Shown here piece after piece: positions 7,528 through 17,082 of a DNA stretch of 32,000 bases; position 1 is the first letter of the stretch; the number at the start of each line of letters is the position of its first letter. Source of the DNA: an uncultured bacterium (lineage in GTDB: Bacteria; Patescibacteriota; Gracilibacteria; UBA1369; PNNO01). Where the stretch lies: the NCBI GenBank assembly GCA_963704705.1, contig OY969931.1, positions 30,001 to 62,000 of the forward strand. The letters are read 5' to 3'. Below the pieces are notes generated by a model. It searched no databases and had not been told where the DNA came from. It saw nothing but the letters and a program-made list of their open reading frames with translations. Made by a program: the position numbers and the translations under genes.

Positions 7528-9564
7528 ATGGCTAAGAAAAAGAAGAAGAAAAAGCAGCTAAAGAAGCAGACTAAAAATACTGCTGTGCCAAAGGCTAAAA
7601 AAAAGCCGGCCTCTTCTGTTAAAGCAAATTCCCCAAAGGCAAATAAAGCGAAAACTAAAAAGGCTGAAGAACCTAAAAAGCCTGAAGAAAAAAAGCAAAA
7701 CAAAATTTCCCAATTTTTATATAAGGCCAGAACGCCAATTTTTATTGCTGTTCCAGCATTTGCATTATTTGTTATATTTCAGCTTTCTTCACTTATAGTG
7801 ACATATGGATTACTGGACAATGCAGCGCCTGGAACGCGGGTTGCAGGAATTGATATTAGTTCACTTACTGTTGACGAAGTACAAAATAAACTCTTTGAAA
7901 AAGGTCAGTCATTTTTGGATACTCCGATGAAAATTAAATTGGATGAAAATGAAATTGAGCTTTTACCTGCGCAACTTGGTATCGAGCTGGATACAATATC
8001 CACAATTAATAATATAAATTTCGTTCAGTTTGATAATTCTAATTTGGCAACCATTCTCTCAACCGCCTGGAATAGCGAGGATTTGCCTTATCAGAATACT
8101 ATTGATGTTGAATTGGCTTTAAGAAACATTGAACAAGAATTTACTTTTGATGAGCAAAAAACAAAAAATGCCTATCTTGCTTTTGATCAGGGTGTTTTAA
8201 CTGTGATGCCTGAAAAAGCAGGGAAAAATATCGATGTAAGAAAACTTTTTGATGACCTTAAAGAAAACACTTCAAAACTTCAGGATAACATAGTTCAAAT
8301 TTCAGCCGTTGACACTGCGCCTCTTGTTTCAGCTGCAGACCTTGAGTCGAAACTAGATGAAATTAAAGAAAAATTGAACCATCAAATCACGCTTAATTAT
8401 GAAAATTTCAATTTTAAAATTAAACCCATCGACTATATTGATTGGATAAGATTTGACTACACTGATGAGCTGGAATTGGGTGATGTTGCGAGCATCGATT
8501 TAAGTATGAATACTGAAGGACTTTTTGATCTGGGTGAATCTGTTTCATTAAACAAAAACCTAACTATCAATATTTTGCCTGATTTATTCAATCAGTATAT
8601 TGACGAAAAATTATCTCCGATTCTCGAATCAGAACCCGAAGGAGTTAAAATATGGAAGGACGAAGAGGGGCAAATACAGTTTGAAGGCAAAGGAGAAAAC
8701 GGCCAGATAATTAACAGAGACCATCTTCTGACAGCGCTAACTTTAGCTGTTAATAATAATATTGATGAAGTGCCGATTCCAATAAATCTAAGGCCTGCTG
8801 AGGTTGAAATTTCAAAAGATTTGCAGGACCTTGGAATAAAAGAGCTTATCGCAACAGGCAAAAGTGCATTTGCAGGCTCAACAAACAACAGAATTCACAA
8901 TATAAATGCAGGTATCGCTAAATTTAACGGCCATATTATTGCACCAGGTGAAACATTTTCTTTTAATGCGATTTTAGGTCCGGTAGAAGCATACACAGGC
9001 TTTGTTCCTGAGCTCGTTATTAAGCCCGAGGGCACGATTCCGGAGTATGGCGGAGGTTTATGTCAGGTTTCATCTACGATGTTTAGAGCGGCTTTATTTG
9101 CAGGCTTACCAATTGTTGAACGAACTCCTCATTCATATGCTGTATCGTATTATTCGCAGGTTTATGGTTATGGCCTCGATGCGACTATTTATCCGGGTGT
9201 TCATGATGTTAAATTCACAAATAATACGCCAGGCTCTATTTTAATTCAGGGCTATACCGAAGGCATAAATGCATATTTTAAATTTTACGGAACAAGCGAT
9301 GGCCGCAGCGTTGAACTTGAAGGCCCTTATCTCGGAGGGTACCGTTCTCCTGGCCCAACACAATATATAGAAACCCCTTCACTTGCACCCGGCCAGACTA
9401 AATGGATGGAAAACGCCCATACCGGATTTAACGCAAATTGGTTCAGGCATTTAACAACTGCTGACGGCGAAACAATTATTGAACCTTTATATACCACTTA
9501 CAAAGCAATACCGGCAAAAGTGCTTGTAGGTCCCAGTGGCGGAGAGACGGGAACAGGCGGTTAG
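7528..9564 (+). CDS. VanW-family protein with peptidoglycan-binding-4-like N-terminal regions and poly-Lys cytoplasmic tail
   Basis: TM at residues ~70-95; C-terminal VanW block FNAILGPVEAYTGFVPELVIKPEGTIPEYGGGLCQVSSTMFRAALFAGLPIVERTPHSYAVSYY...GLDATIYPG..D.KFTN.TPG.ILIQ. Confidence 0.9.
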   Translation: MAKKKKKKKQLKKQTKNTAVPKAKKKPASSVKANSPKANKAKTKKAEEPKKPEEKKQNKISQFLYKARTPIFIAVPAFALFVIFQLSSLIVTYGLLDNAAPGTRVAGIDISSLTVDEVQNKLFEKGQSFLDTPMKIKLDENEIELLPAQLGIELDTISTINNINFVQFDNSNLATILSTAWNSEDLPYQNTIDVELALRNIEQEFTFDEQKTKNAYLAFDQGVLTVMPEKAGKNIDVRKLFDDLKENTSKLQDNIVQISAVDTAPLVSAADLESKLDEIKEKLNHQITLNYENFNFKIKPIDYIDWIRFDYTDELELGDVASIDLSMNTEGLFDLGESVSLNKNLTINILPDLFNQYIDEKLSPILESEPEGVKIWKDEEGQIQFEGKGENGQIINRDHLLTALTLAVNNNIDEVPIPINLRPAEVEISKDLQDLGIKELIATGKSAFAGSTNNRIHNINAGIAKFNGHIIAPGETFSFNAILGPVEAYTGFVPELVIKPEGTIPEYGGGLCQVSSTMFRAALFAGLPIVERTPHSYAVSYYSQVYGYGLDATIYPGVHDVKFTNNTPGSILIQGYTEGINAYFKFYGTSDGRSVELEGPYLGGYRSPGPTQYIETPSLAPGQTKWMENAHTGFNANWFRHLTTADGETIIEPLYTTYKAIPAKVLVGPSGGETGTGG

Positions 9565-10298
9565 TCAAGTTCCGCAATCATTTCTTTTGCCAGATGATTA
9601 TTTGGATCATTTTTTAGTGCTTGGCGAAGGTAATATTTAGCCTGAGCTTTTTTGCCGAGCTCAACTTCATAGTGTGCGAATGCAAGTAAAAAGTCGATAT
9701 TATCAGGCTCCAGCTCACAAGCGCGTTTATACATTTCTTCAGCTTTAATCGGTTCTGATAACGCCCGGTATACTTCTGCTGTACTTAAAAATCTGGCTGC
9801 CCTTGTTTTATCTAAAGAAATTGATTTCAAATATGCTTCCAAAGCTTCATCAAATTTCTTTTGTTCATATAATGCGCGTCCTAAATTACTGTGGAATACA
9901 GCCTCATTCCCATCCTTGGCAATCAGTTTTTTGAAGACTTCCTCAGCTTTATCAAATGCCCCTTTTTTTAGATAAATTAAGCCCAATTTTAATAATGCGT
10001 CCTTATTGTTCGATTCAATATCAATTAGTTTTTCAAGTTTAACAGCTGCTTCATTCAAATCACCATTATCATAATGAGTCATTGCCTGTACAAATAATAC
10101 CCTGGATTTGTCTTCTTTAACTTCTGAATGCGCTTCAGGTTTTGGTTTTTTCATATGGAAAGCCTTGATGAGCTCTTTAGACTTCACGACTTTTTTAAGA
10201 AGATATTGCTCAGGTTTAATACCTTTTGCAATAATCAAATATTTTCTTATAAAAATAAGAATCAAAACCAGTGCCGATATTAGCAGTAAATATGTCAT
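9561..10298 (-). CDS. membrane-anchored tetratricopeptide-repeat protein
   Basis: N-terminal TM and repeated TPR pattern (AAVKLEKLIDIESNNKDALLKLGLIYLKKGAFDKAEEVFKKLI, ALEAYLKSISLD...). Confidence 0.85.
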   Translation of the reverse strand: MTYLLLISALVLILIFIRKYLIIAKGIKPEQYLLKKVVKSKELIKAFHMKKPKPEAHSEVKEDKSRVLFVQAMTHYDNGDLNEAAVKLEKLIDIESNNKDALLKLGLIYLKKGAFDKAEEVFKKLIAKDGNEAVFHSNLGRALYEQKKFDEALEAYLKSISLDKTRAARFLSTAEVYRALSEPIKAEEMYKRACELEPDNIDFLLAFAHYEVELGKKAQAKYYLRQALKNDPNNHLAKEMIAELD

Positions 10299-10300
10299 AA

Positions 10301-11164
10301 TTATGTTAATTCATCAACGGGGATTTCCGGTCCTGTATCCTGAACCTTTGCTTCTGCAACCACTTTTTTAATGTCTTCAGCTTTAACAATCTCAAAACTG
10401 TGGTCAGGAAAGAGAATTTTAGCGGTTTGGTTCAATATATCAAGCCCAATTACCTTTCCTTCGCCTTTTTTAACTTTGACTATACTGCCCGATTCAGGTA
10501 ATTGAGATTTAAGTCTTTTGTATTCTTCGACTTCATATCTCAGGCAGCACATCAATTTTCCGCAGCAGCCCGACAATTTTGAGCTCCCCTTGCTTTCAAG
10601 GTTTTGTGATCGCACCATATCCATTGTTATGCTGTCTAAGCTTTTTAGCCAGTTGGAACAGCAAAGGCTTTTGCCGCATCTTCCGCGTCCTGTAACAATT
10701 TTTGCTTTATCTCTCGGGCCAATTTGCTGTAAATGAATCTGTTTTTGGAATGTTTTTGCGAGATCTTTAACCAAATCTCTGAAATCAACTCTGTCATCAG
10801 CTGTAAAAATAAAATTTATGCGGTTTCCATCAAGCGAATATTCAACAAATTCAAGTTGCATTTCAAGGTTGTGCTCTTTAATTTTTTCCTTACATTTATA
10901 CTTTGCTTCCATTGCTTTTTCCCCAAGCATTTCCATTCTCTGGATATCGTTTGCTGTAGCTTTTCTTAAATATGAATAATTTTTATTTATTTTTTCGTTT
11001 TCTTCAGACACTTCCCTGTTTGTAAAATGAACTTTCCCGATATTTTCGCGGTTTTCTTCATCGTGAAAAACAGCGAACTCGTTAGGCTCAACATCTGCTT
11101 TATCTACCCCGGGGATTAAAATTTCTTTACGGGTAAACTGGTCGAAGACCGATATATATTTCAT
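10301..11164 (-). CDS. ricT: PSP1-domain / RicT (YaaT)-like protein
   Basis: IGPRDKAKIVTGRGRCGKSLCCSNWLKSL...KLSGCCGKLMCCLRYE..EY; adjacency to holB as in Firmicutes. Confidence 0.88.
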   Translation of the reverse strand: MKYISVFDQFTRKEILIPGVDKADVEPNEFAVFHDEENRENIGKVHFTNREVSEENEKINKNYSYLRKATANDIQRMEMLGEKAMEAKYKCKEKIKEHNLEMQLEFVEYSLDGNRINFIFTADDRVDFRDLVKDLAKTFQKQIHLQQIGPRDKAKIVTGRGRCGKSLCCSNWLKSLDSITMDMVRSQNLESKGSSKLSGCCGKLMCCLRYEVEEYKRLKSQLPESGSIVKVKKGEGKVIGLDILNQTAKILFPDHSFEIVKAEDIKKVVAEAKVQDTGPEIPVDELT

Positions 11165-12087
11165 TTGAATGATTTTAGGGCTAGGTTTTCAAGTGCGAGC
11201 CTCGCGTTTATATTACGCTTTAACAGGCTGCGGGTTTCTTGTATTTCTGATAGCAAATTGAGCAGATGCTCTTTTTTGCTCTTATCAATAGTGTCCGCTG
11301 CGATTCCCTGATGTAATCTGCTTCTTACCAAGTGAGTAAATATATCTAAAAATTCATATGGATCATTGTTTTCCCCCAATACTTCTTCTACAACCTGGAA
11401 TTTTTTATATACAGGTTTATCTTCTAAAAACTCACAAAGTACATTATACATGTTTAAATAGCTTCCCAAAAGCTCAGAATTTTCCAGTAATTTTATCGCT
11501 TTCCCGCTTTTGCCTATTGCAAGTGAAGAAACCTGCTTAATAATGTCAGGGTCTTTGTCCGGATAAATTTCAGTAAGTTTTTCTTCAAGATATTTTTGAG
11601 AATACGCAGTAAATTTGATTAACCGAACTCTTGAGATAATTGTAGGTAGAATTTCTCTTATATTTGAAGTTGTCATAATAATTAATGTATTTGGAGGCGG
11701 TTCTTCAAGCGTTTTTAAAAGACAATTCGCAGCTTCCGGCGTTAGCCTTTCAGCGCCCTTAATAAGCAGAATTTTGTACTTGCCCTGCTTTGTCATGTGG
11801 AGCCTTTGTATAATTTCACGAATCTGCTCAATTTTAATGGATTCATCCATTTCATTAAGAACTATTGTGTCAGTATGATTTCCGCTTTGAATTTGCTTGC
11901 AGGTAGGGCACTCATTGCAAAGGTTGTTCGGGCACTGCAAAATATTCACAAACTTTCTTGCAATCGCAAACTTGCCAACACTCGAAGGTCCCGCAAATAA
12001 ATAAGCATGCGAAAGATTTCCGGATTTAATATCCTGCTCAATCATCTCAAGCTGTTTTTTGTGACCAATGATTTTCCAGTTGTACAA
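11161..12087 (-). CDS. holB: DNA polymerase III delta' subunit (clamp loader AAA+)
   Basis: IIGHKKQLEMIEQDIKSGNLSHAYLFAGPSSVGKF, Zn cluster CNECPTC, LLKTLEEPPPNTLIIMTTSN, IISRVR; overlaps ricT start by 4 nt. Confidence 0.88.
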   Translation of the reverse strand: MYNWKIIGHKKQLEMIEQDIKSGNLSHAYLFAGPSSVGKFAIARKFVNILQCPNNLCNECPTCKQIQSGNHTDTIVLNEMDESIKIEQIREIIQRLHMTKQGKYKILLIKGAERLTPEAANCLLKTLEEPPPNTLIIMTTSNIREILPTIISRVRLIKFTAYSQKYLEEKLTEIYPDKDPDIIKQVSSLAIGKSGKAIKLLENSELLGSYLNMYNVLCEFLEDKPVYKKFQVVEEVLGENNDPYEFLDIFTHLVRSRLHQGIAADTIDKSKKEHLLNLLSEIQETRSLLKRNINARLALENLALKSFK

Positions 12088-12097
12088 TGTGGCGCGT

Positions 12098-13360
12098 TTA
12101 AGGGCTTATATCTTGCCATTTTTCCTCTTGTCTTACAAGCAATTCTTTTGCCTGCTCAGGATGTTTCATAATCTCCTTTACGAAGATTTCTAAACGCACT
12201 TTGTTTTGTGAACCCTTTGCCAGCACAATGTCGCCTTTCTGCATTATATTTTTATATTTTCCCAGTGCTTCTTTCACATTTTCAAAACTAAAAATATTTG
12301 ATGAATCGAGACCTGCTTTATTCGCAGCACTAGCCGCAAATCGCACATCTCCGCCAACGGTAATAAGCACATCAGCAAACTCCGGCACTAATGCGCCAAC
12401 CTCTTCATGCAATTTTTGTGAGTGACCACCCAATTCATTCATATTTCCAAAAACAAACACTCTTCGTCTGCCATGCTTCTTCCCAAAATAATCCAAAACT
12501 TTTAATGATTCCTTAACTGCTTCAGGCGAAGCATTGTACGTACTGTCCAAAATTAGTAAATCATCCACGCCTTCAATTAAATTCATGCGCCCCGGCGGGA
12601 GCCTGAAATTCCGCATAGCCTCTTGAATATCACCAACAGGCACCTCAGTTAAAAATCCAAAAACAATCGCCGGCATTAAAGTTGTAACCTGATATTTCCC
12701 GAAGACCGGAATAAAAAACTGATAATCCTCACCTTTAAATTCAACCTCAAAATCAATCCCTTTGTCAGTCTGCAAAAAACTGAATGCCTTAAAATCAGCG
12801 CCCTCCTTGAATCCATAAGTGTATTCACCTTTAACCTGTGAAATATATTTATCATCAATATTTATTATTTTTGTTTTTGCCTTTTTAAAAATTTTACCTT
12901 TTTCTGCAAAAATATCATCAACATTCGCAAACTGCGCCTCGTCCATGTGAGCAGGCTTTATTGCAGTTATACAAGCCATATCCGGCGGAGCAAGTTTTGT
13001 TAAATAGTCCATGTCACCTGCTTTATCAACACCCATTTCCAAAACAAGATAATCAAATTTATCATTAACAAAAAAAGCGCGCCAAAAACCGCGAAGCAAA
13101 ATTTTAATCCACTCAACAGGCGAACTAAAACCTGAATCCTGCTGCAAAATCGTCAAAGGTAAGCCAAATTCGCTGTTAAAACTTTTTTTATTTTTTAAAA
13201 CTTTATAGCGCTTACTCAAAACTTCGTAAATCGCGTCTTTACAGCTGGTTTTGCCAACACTGCCACTCACGCCGATTACTTTTGCCTTCATTCTGCGAAG
13301 TTTTATCCTCGCAAGAATCTCAAGCTTTTTAAGAACGATTTTTCTTAATAATGATTTCAT
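12098..13360 (-). CDS. murF: MurF-like Mur ligase (UDP-MurNAc-tripeptide:D-Ala-D-Ala ligase family), lacking the usual N-terminal domain
   Basis: GVSGSVGKTSCKDAI, NSEFGLPLT, MGVDKAGDMDYL, LDSTYNASPEAVKESL, GNMNELG..S..LH.EVG. Confidence 0.85.
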   Translation of the reverse strand: MKSLLRKIVLKKLEILARIKLRRMKAKVIGVSGSVGKTSCKDAIYEVLSKRYKVLKNKKSFNSEFGLPLTILQQDSGFSSPVEWIKILLRGFWRAFFVNDKFDYLVLEMGVDKAGDMDYLTKLAPPDMACITAIKPAHMDEAQFANVDDIFAEKGKIFKKAKTKIINIDDKYISQVKGEYTYGFKEGADFKAFSFLQTDKGIDFEVEFKGEDYQFFIPVFGKYQVTTLMPAIVFGFLTEVPVGDIQEAMRNFRLPPGRMNLIEGVDDLLILDSTYNASPEAVKESLKVLDYFGKKHGRRRVFVFGNMNELGGHSQKLHEEVGALVPEFADVLITVGGDVRFAASAANKAGLDSSNIFSFENVKEALGKYKNIMQKGDIVLAKGSQNKVRLEIFVKEIMKHPEQAKELLVRQEEKWQDISP

Positions 13361-13373
13361 ATATAATGATTAT

Positions 13374-13649
13374 ATGTTAAAACAAGCTAAATTAACAATA
13401 TCAGGCAGAGTTCAGGGGGTTTTCTTTCGCGAATTTACTCAGGAAAACGCCAAAATTCTCGGCCTTGCAGGCTGGGTACGCAACATCCCTGATGGCAAAG
13501 TAGAAACCATTGTTCAGGGCGAAGAATCCCAAATTCAAGACCTGATTAAGCGTTTAAATCAAGGTCCGCGTTCGGCAAACGTGACAGATGTGAAAGTTGA
13601 ATGGGAGACGACTGAACAGGATTTTGAAGATTTTGAAGTGCGCTATTAA
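13374..13649 (+). CDS. acylphosphatase
   Basis: Internal ATG gives MLKQAKLTISGRVQGVFFREFTQENAKILGLAGWVRNIPDGKVETIVQGEESQI, the acylphosphatase signature (GRVQGVFFR; GWVRN..DG.VE). The upstream extension in the ORF track lacks homology. Confidence 0.92.
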   Translation: MLKQAKLTISGRVQGVFFREFTQENAKILGLAGWVRNIPDGKVETIVQGEESQIQDLIKRLNQGPRSANVTDVKVEWETTEQDFEDFEVRY

Positions 13650-13675
13650 AAAGCTAGCAATATGCATAGGGCACT

Positions 13676-13711
13676 AAAAAAAGGGCCCGCATCACTGCAA
13701 AGCCCCCTTTT
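13676..13711. terminator. putative bidirectional terminator between convergent acylphosphatase and rplT genes
   Basis: AAAAAAAGGGCC...GCCCCCTTTT imperfect hairpin with A-run on one side and T-run on the other. Confidence 0.5.
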
Positions 13712-13724
13712 CACATAGTATAAT

Positions 13725-14087
13725 TTATTTCGCAACAGCAGCACCTTTGGCAACTTCAACAACCTTTGCGAATGCTTCAGGGTTGTTTACTGCTAATTCT
13801 GCAAGCATTTTGCGGTCGAGCTTAATATCAGCATGAAGACAACCATTAATAAAACGGCTGTAACTAATTCCTTGTGCTCTGCAAGCTGAATTAATGCGGG
13901 TGATCCATACGCGCCTGAAAGTTCTTTTCTTGATTCTTCTGTCGCGGTACGCGTTTACTCCCGCTTTCATAACAGCAGCATTTGCCTGTTTGAAAGTTTT
14001 GCTTCGGAGTCCTCGGTAACCTTTGGCAGCTTTTAGAACTTTTTTGTGCCTACGGTGGGCTGCAACGCCTCTTTTTACTCTTGGCAT
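13725..14087 (-). CDS. rplT: 50S ribosomal protein L20
   Basis: [40 protein letters not shown]...[24 protein letters not shown]. Confidence 0.97.
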   Translation of the reverse strand: MPRVKRGVAAHRRHKKVLKAAKGYRGLRSKTFKQANAAVMKAGVNAYRDRRIKKRTFRRVWITRINSACRAQGISYSRFINGCLHADIKLDRKMLAELAVNNPEAFAKVVEVAKGAAVAK

Positions 14088-14098
14088 GTTATTTTATA

Positions 14099-14287
14099 TT
14101 AATGAATAAGTTTTACTAACAATTTCTGCTGAGGTGCTTCAGCAACTTTTCCTTTATTATTGAGTTTTTTCTGACGCTTAGACTTATTAACAAGTAAATG
14201 ATTTTTGCATGATTTCTCAACAATAAATGTTCCTTTACCTGTGATTTTAACTCTTTTTTTTGCGCCGCTATGAGATTTTTGCTTCAT
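14099..14287 (-). CDS. rpmI: 50S ribosomal protein L35
   Basis: MKQKSHSGAKKRVKITGKGTF...LVNKSKRQKKLNNKG between infC and rplT. Confidence 0.93.
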   Translation of the reverse strand: MKQKSHSGAKKRVKITGKGTFIVEKSCKNHLLVNKSKRQKKLNNKGKVAEAPQQKLLVKLIH

Positions 14288-14298
14288 AATGATTATAA

Positions 14299-14808
14299 TT
14301 ATTTAAGTGGAGATAATATCATAATTAGGTTGTTGCCTTGTCTTTTTGGGCCTTCATCAACATGTGCAATGTCTTCAAGTGTTTCAGCAAATTTCTTTAG
14401 TTTTTCAATTGCCAGATCAGCATGTGCGAGTTCCCGTCCTTTAAAAATTAATGATACTTTTACAATGTTTCTTGCCTTCAAAAATTTTTCCGCCATTTTT
14501 CTCTTTACTTCCATATCGTGACTATCGGTTCTAAACCCGACTCTTACACCTTTAACTTCGCTTTGTTTCTGCATTTTCCTATGCTTTTGATCGATTTTCT
14601 TTTGCTTATAACTGTACTTACCAAAATCCATCAATTTACAAACAGGAGGATTAGCATTAGGAGAGACTTCTACCAAATCCGTATCTTTTTCTTTTGCCAT
14701 AGCAAGGGCTTTTTCAGTAGCCATTATTCCAAGTTGTCCACCTTCGTCATCAACAAGCCTTATAGTAGGCACCTTGATTCTCTCGTTAATTCGTAATTTC
14801 TTGTTTAT
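14299..14808 (-). CDS. infC: translation initiation factor IF-3; N-terminus probably extends upstream of the ORF-track start (14772) with a non-AUG start
   Basis: LVDDEGGQLGIMATEKALAMAKEKDTDLVEVSPNANPPVCKLMDFGKYSYKQKKID...VKVSLIFKGRELAH. Upstream in-frame codons encode INKKLRINERIK before an in-frame TAA at 14820-14818. Confidence 0.85.
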   Translation of the reverse strand: MNKKLRINERIKVPTIRLVDDEGGQLGIMATEKALAMAKEKDTDLVEVSPNANPPVCKLMDFGKYSYKQKKIDQKHRKMQKQSEVKGVRVGFRTDSHDMEVKRKMAEKFLKARNIVKVSLIFKGRELAHADLAIEKLKKFAETLEDIAHVDEGPKRQGNNLIMILSPLK

Positions 14809-14871
14809 ATTTTGGGGTTAGTTGAAGTGCGTAAGGATTGTATGGAAAATACCGCTAGAAGTCAAGAAATA

Positions 14872-16887
14872 TTAATCTTCGCTATCCTCATCGAATTCAT
14901 CTTCCTCTCCAAATTCCATGTCGCTGGAACCATCAGTCATGGGTAATCTTTGACTGGCACGTCTTTTTTGGTTTTTTTCACGTCTTTTAAGTATATTTTG
15001 ATAATCTTCCTTTTCTTGTTTTGTTTTACCTCTAACCAAAAAGTGAACAACTTCAGTGCCATAAGTTTCATCTTCAACTACTTCTTCAATATGAATATTT
15101 GTATGATGACAAAACTCTTCCCATTGCCACATAGTGGGTCTGTTTATTGGAAGAAGCAAAATATCGGTATCATGATCAATAAATCTTGCATCTGATAAAT
15201 TATTGGAATTTTTTTCAACTACTTCTCTTTTATACACCAATCTCGGTGCGATTCTTAGTAATTTAGGTCTGCCAGGTGCGTTTTCAAATCCAAATTCTAT
15301 ATCAAAAACCTCTTTTAAATCAGTAATTTGTTTATAATTATCATTTGGATCATAGTAAGACACTGCTTTTGGATCTAAAAATAGAGATCCAACGAAATTC
15401 CTTGAAGGTTCATTGTCGTAAGGTTTTAACATCCCTTGATGAGCCCGGCCTTTTCTTATTTGTACTCCAATTACACAATAATTTGCACAAATTATCTCTC
15501 CATCATCATCAACCGTTGGTTCATTAAGTAATTTTTTAGATACGATTTCCCTTAAAAATTCTTCCGTATCTTCATAGTTATTTGGCGTATTGCCATAAAT
15601 ATGATGCAAAACACCCATTTCTGGTGTCGCATTAAGCTCACCTAAATCTAGTTTTTCAAAGGTTGTCTGAATAGGGTGAATCAAAAGCGGAATATTTACA
15701 TTATCAATTCTTATAATATCCTCTGAGTCATCAGACTTATGCAAACTAAGCATCCTTGCAATAAGCATTTTAAGAAATTCAGATGTTTGGCTGGCTCTTT
15801 TTTCAATTTCTTCTTCAGGCATCTTATCTGGATTCACATACAGCTTCACGCTATTATCAGCATTCTGTGCTGCTTCTTCACCTTCTTTAACTTTATATTT
15901 ATCATTATTTTGCTTAACAAATTGTTCAAGTATTTTTTTCAATTTTGTTGTTAAATAGGCCATATTATCTGATACCCTTAATTTGGCATTTTTAGCTCTT
16001 TCGTTATTAATAGAACGCAAAACATCAATTAATGGAGAAAGCCATTTTCGGTGAATTGCCTGCTTGTTAGGTGTTCGTGTAAGCATTAAAAGATAATTCG
16101 TATATTTTTGAATAAGGGTTGTAATTGCCACAAATAACATAGCCATACTTTCATCAATAAGGAAATCCTCAAATTGAATATGTTCCCTTCCTTTTAATGC
16201 TGTGTCAGTTGCAACAACTGTCAAAGAACCATCGGCCGGGCCTAAATCAGACATGACCATCTTTTTTGCATTTTTTGGCAGCGCAATATCTACGAACCGT
16301 GAATTATGCAATTGGATTAATGCTTCAGCAGCGTCGTGATTTCTTTTATATGGCTGCTGTTCAATTAAACCAACCCAGCCTGCTGCATCATAATATGCTG
16401 CATGCGGAGGCATTATGCCGAATTTTAATGCATATTCAATACAGTCTCTTTTTGTTTGCAAAATTTCATCATCAACCTGCTGAAGTACATTTTCAATATC
16501 AAGAGTAGGAGGCATAAGATATTCGTTGGCAACCTCTAATTCGTCAGGCGTGAGTTCATTTATATCAGAAAGCAGCATTGTCAGAGTTCTGGCAACTTGA
16601 AGATTTGTGAAACTTCTGATAATTTCAGGTGCACTTTGATTTGTTGTCTCCTGAATTTCCTTAAAATCCCGAATGGTTCTTTGCTTTGCTTCTGCCGTAA
16701 GCTGTGATGAATCTGTAAATCCGTTTATTGTTTGGCTTACTCTTTGTTCAAATTCCGGAAATAACTTTTCAAATTCTGCTCGATTTATTGAATCAAATGT
16801 ATCCCACAAATCAAGTTGCTCAACCATCAATTTCGGTTTGGGCCCACTATCTTCATCAATCGGATTGTATGGTCTAAATTTACGCAA
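14872..16887 (-). CDS. uncharacterised 671-aa protein with acidic C-terminal tail
   Basis: Long uninterrupted ORF; Asp/Glu-rich tail MEFGEEDEFDEDSED; no family recognised. Confidence 0.8.
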   Translation of the reverse strand: MRKFRPYNPIDEDSGPKPKLMVEQLDLWDTFDSINRAEFEKLFPEFEQRVSQTINGFTDSSQLTAEAKQRTIRDFKEIQETTNQSAPEIIRSFTNLQVARTLTMLLSDINELTPDELEVANEYLMPPTLDIENVLQQVDDEILQTKRDCIEYALKFGIMPPHAAYYDAAGWVGLIEQQPYKRNHDAAEALIQLHNSRFVDIALPKNAKKMVMSDLGPADGSLTVVATDTALKGREHIQFEDFLIDESMAMLFVAITTLIQKYTNYLLMLTRTPNKQAIHRKWLSPLIDVLRSINNERAKNAKLRVSDNMAYLTTKLKKILEQFVKQNNDKYKVKEGEEAAQNADNSVKLYVNPDKMPEEEIEKRASQTSEFLKMLIARMLSLHKSDDSEDIIRIDNVNIPLLIHPIQTTFEKLDLGELNATPEMGVLHHIYGNTPNNYEDTEEFLREIVSKKLLNEPTVDDDGEIICANYCVIGVQIRKGRAHQGMLKPYDNEPSRNFVGSLFLDPKAVSYYDPNDNYKQITDLKEVFDIEFGFENAPGRPKLLRIAPRLVYKREVVEKNSNNLSDARFIDHDTDILLLPINRPTMWQWEEFCHHTNIHIEEVVEDETYGTEVVHFLVRGKTKQEKEDYQNILKRREKNQKRRASQRLPMTDGSSDMEFGEEDEFDEDSED

Positions 16888-16936
16888 ATTATTTTTTTAT
16901 CAATACAACTAAACAACTAATATAGAAAGGGAGTAA

Positions 16937-16965
16937 TTTTAAAACAAATTCACACCCCTTGTCAA
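16937..16965 (-). promoter_or_regulatory. putative promoter for 14872..16887
   Basis: Minus strand TTGACA, 17-nt spacer, TTAAAA, about 50 nt upstream of the ATG. Confidence 0.4.
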
Positions 16966-17082
16966 GTATAATTTTAAGGCAAATGTTGTTAATATCAAGC
17001 AACTTAACTGGCTTTTTATTGAGTTTGTTATAAATTAATATTTATGTTAGAGTTGTATCCCAATTATTTTAACTAATCAGAC

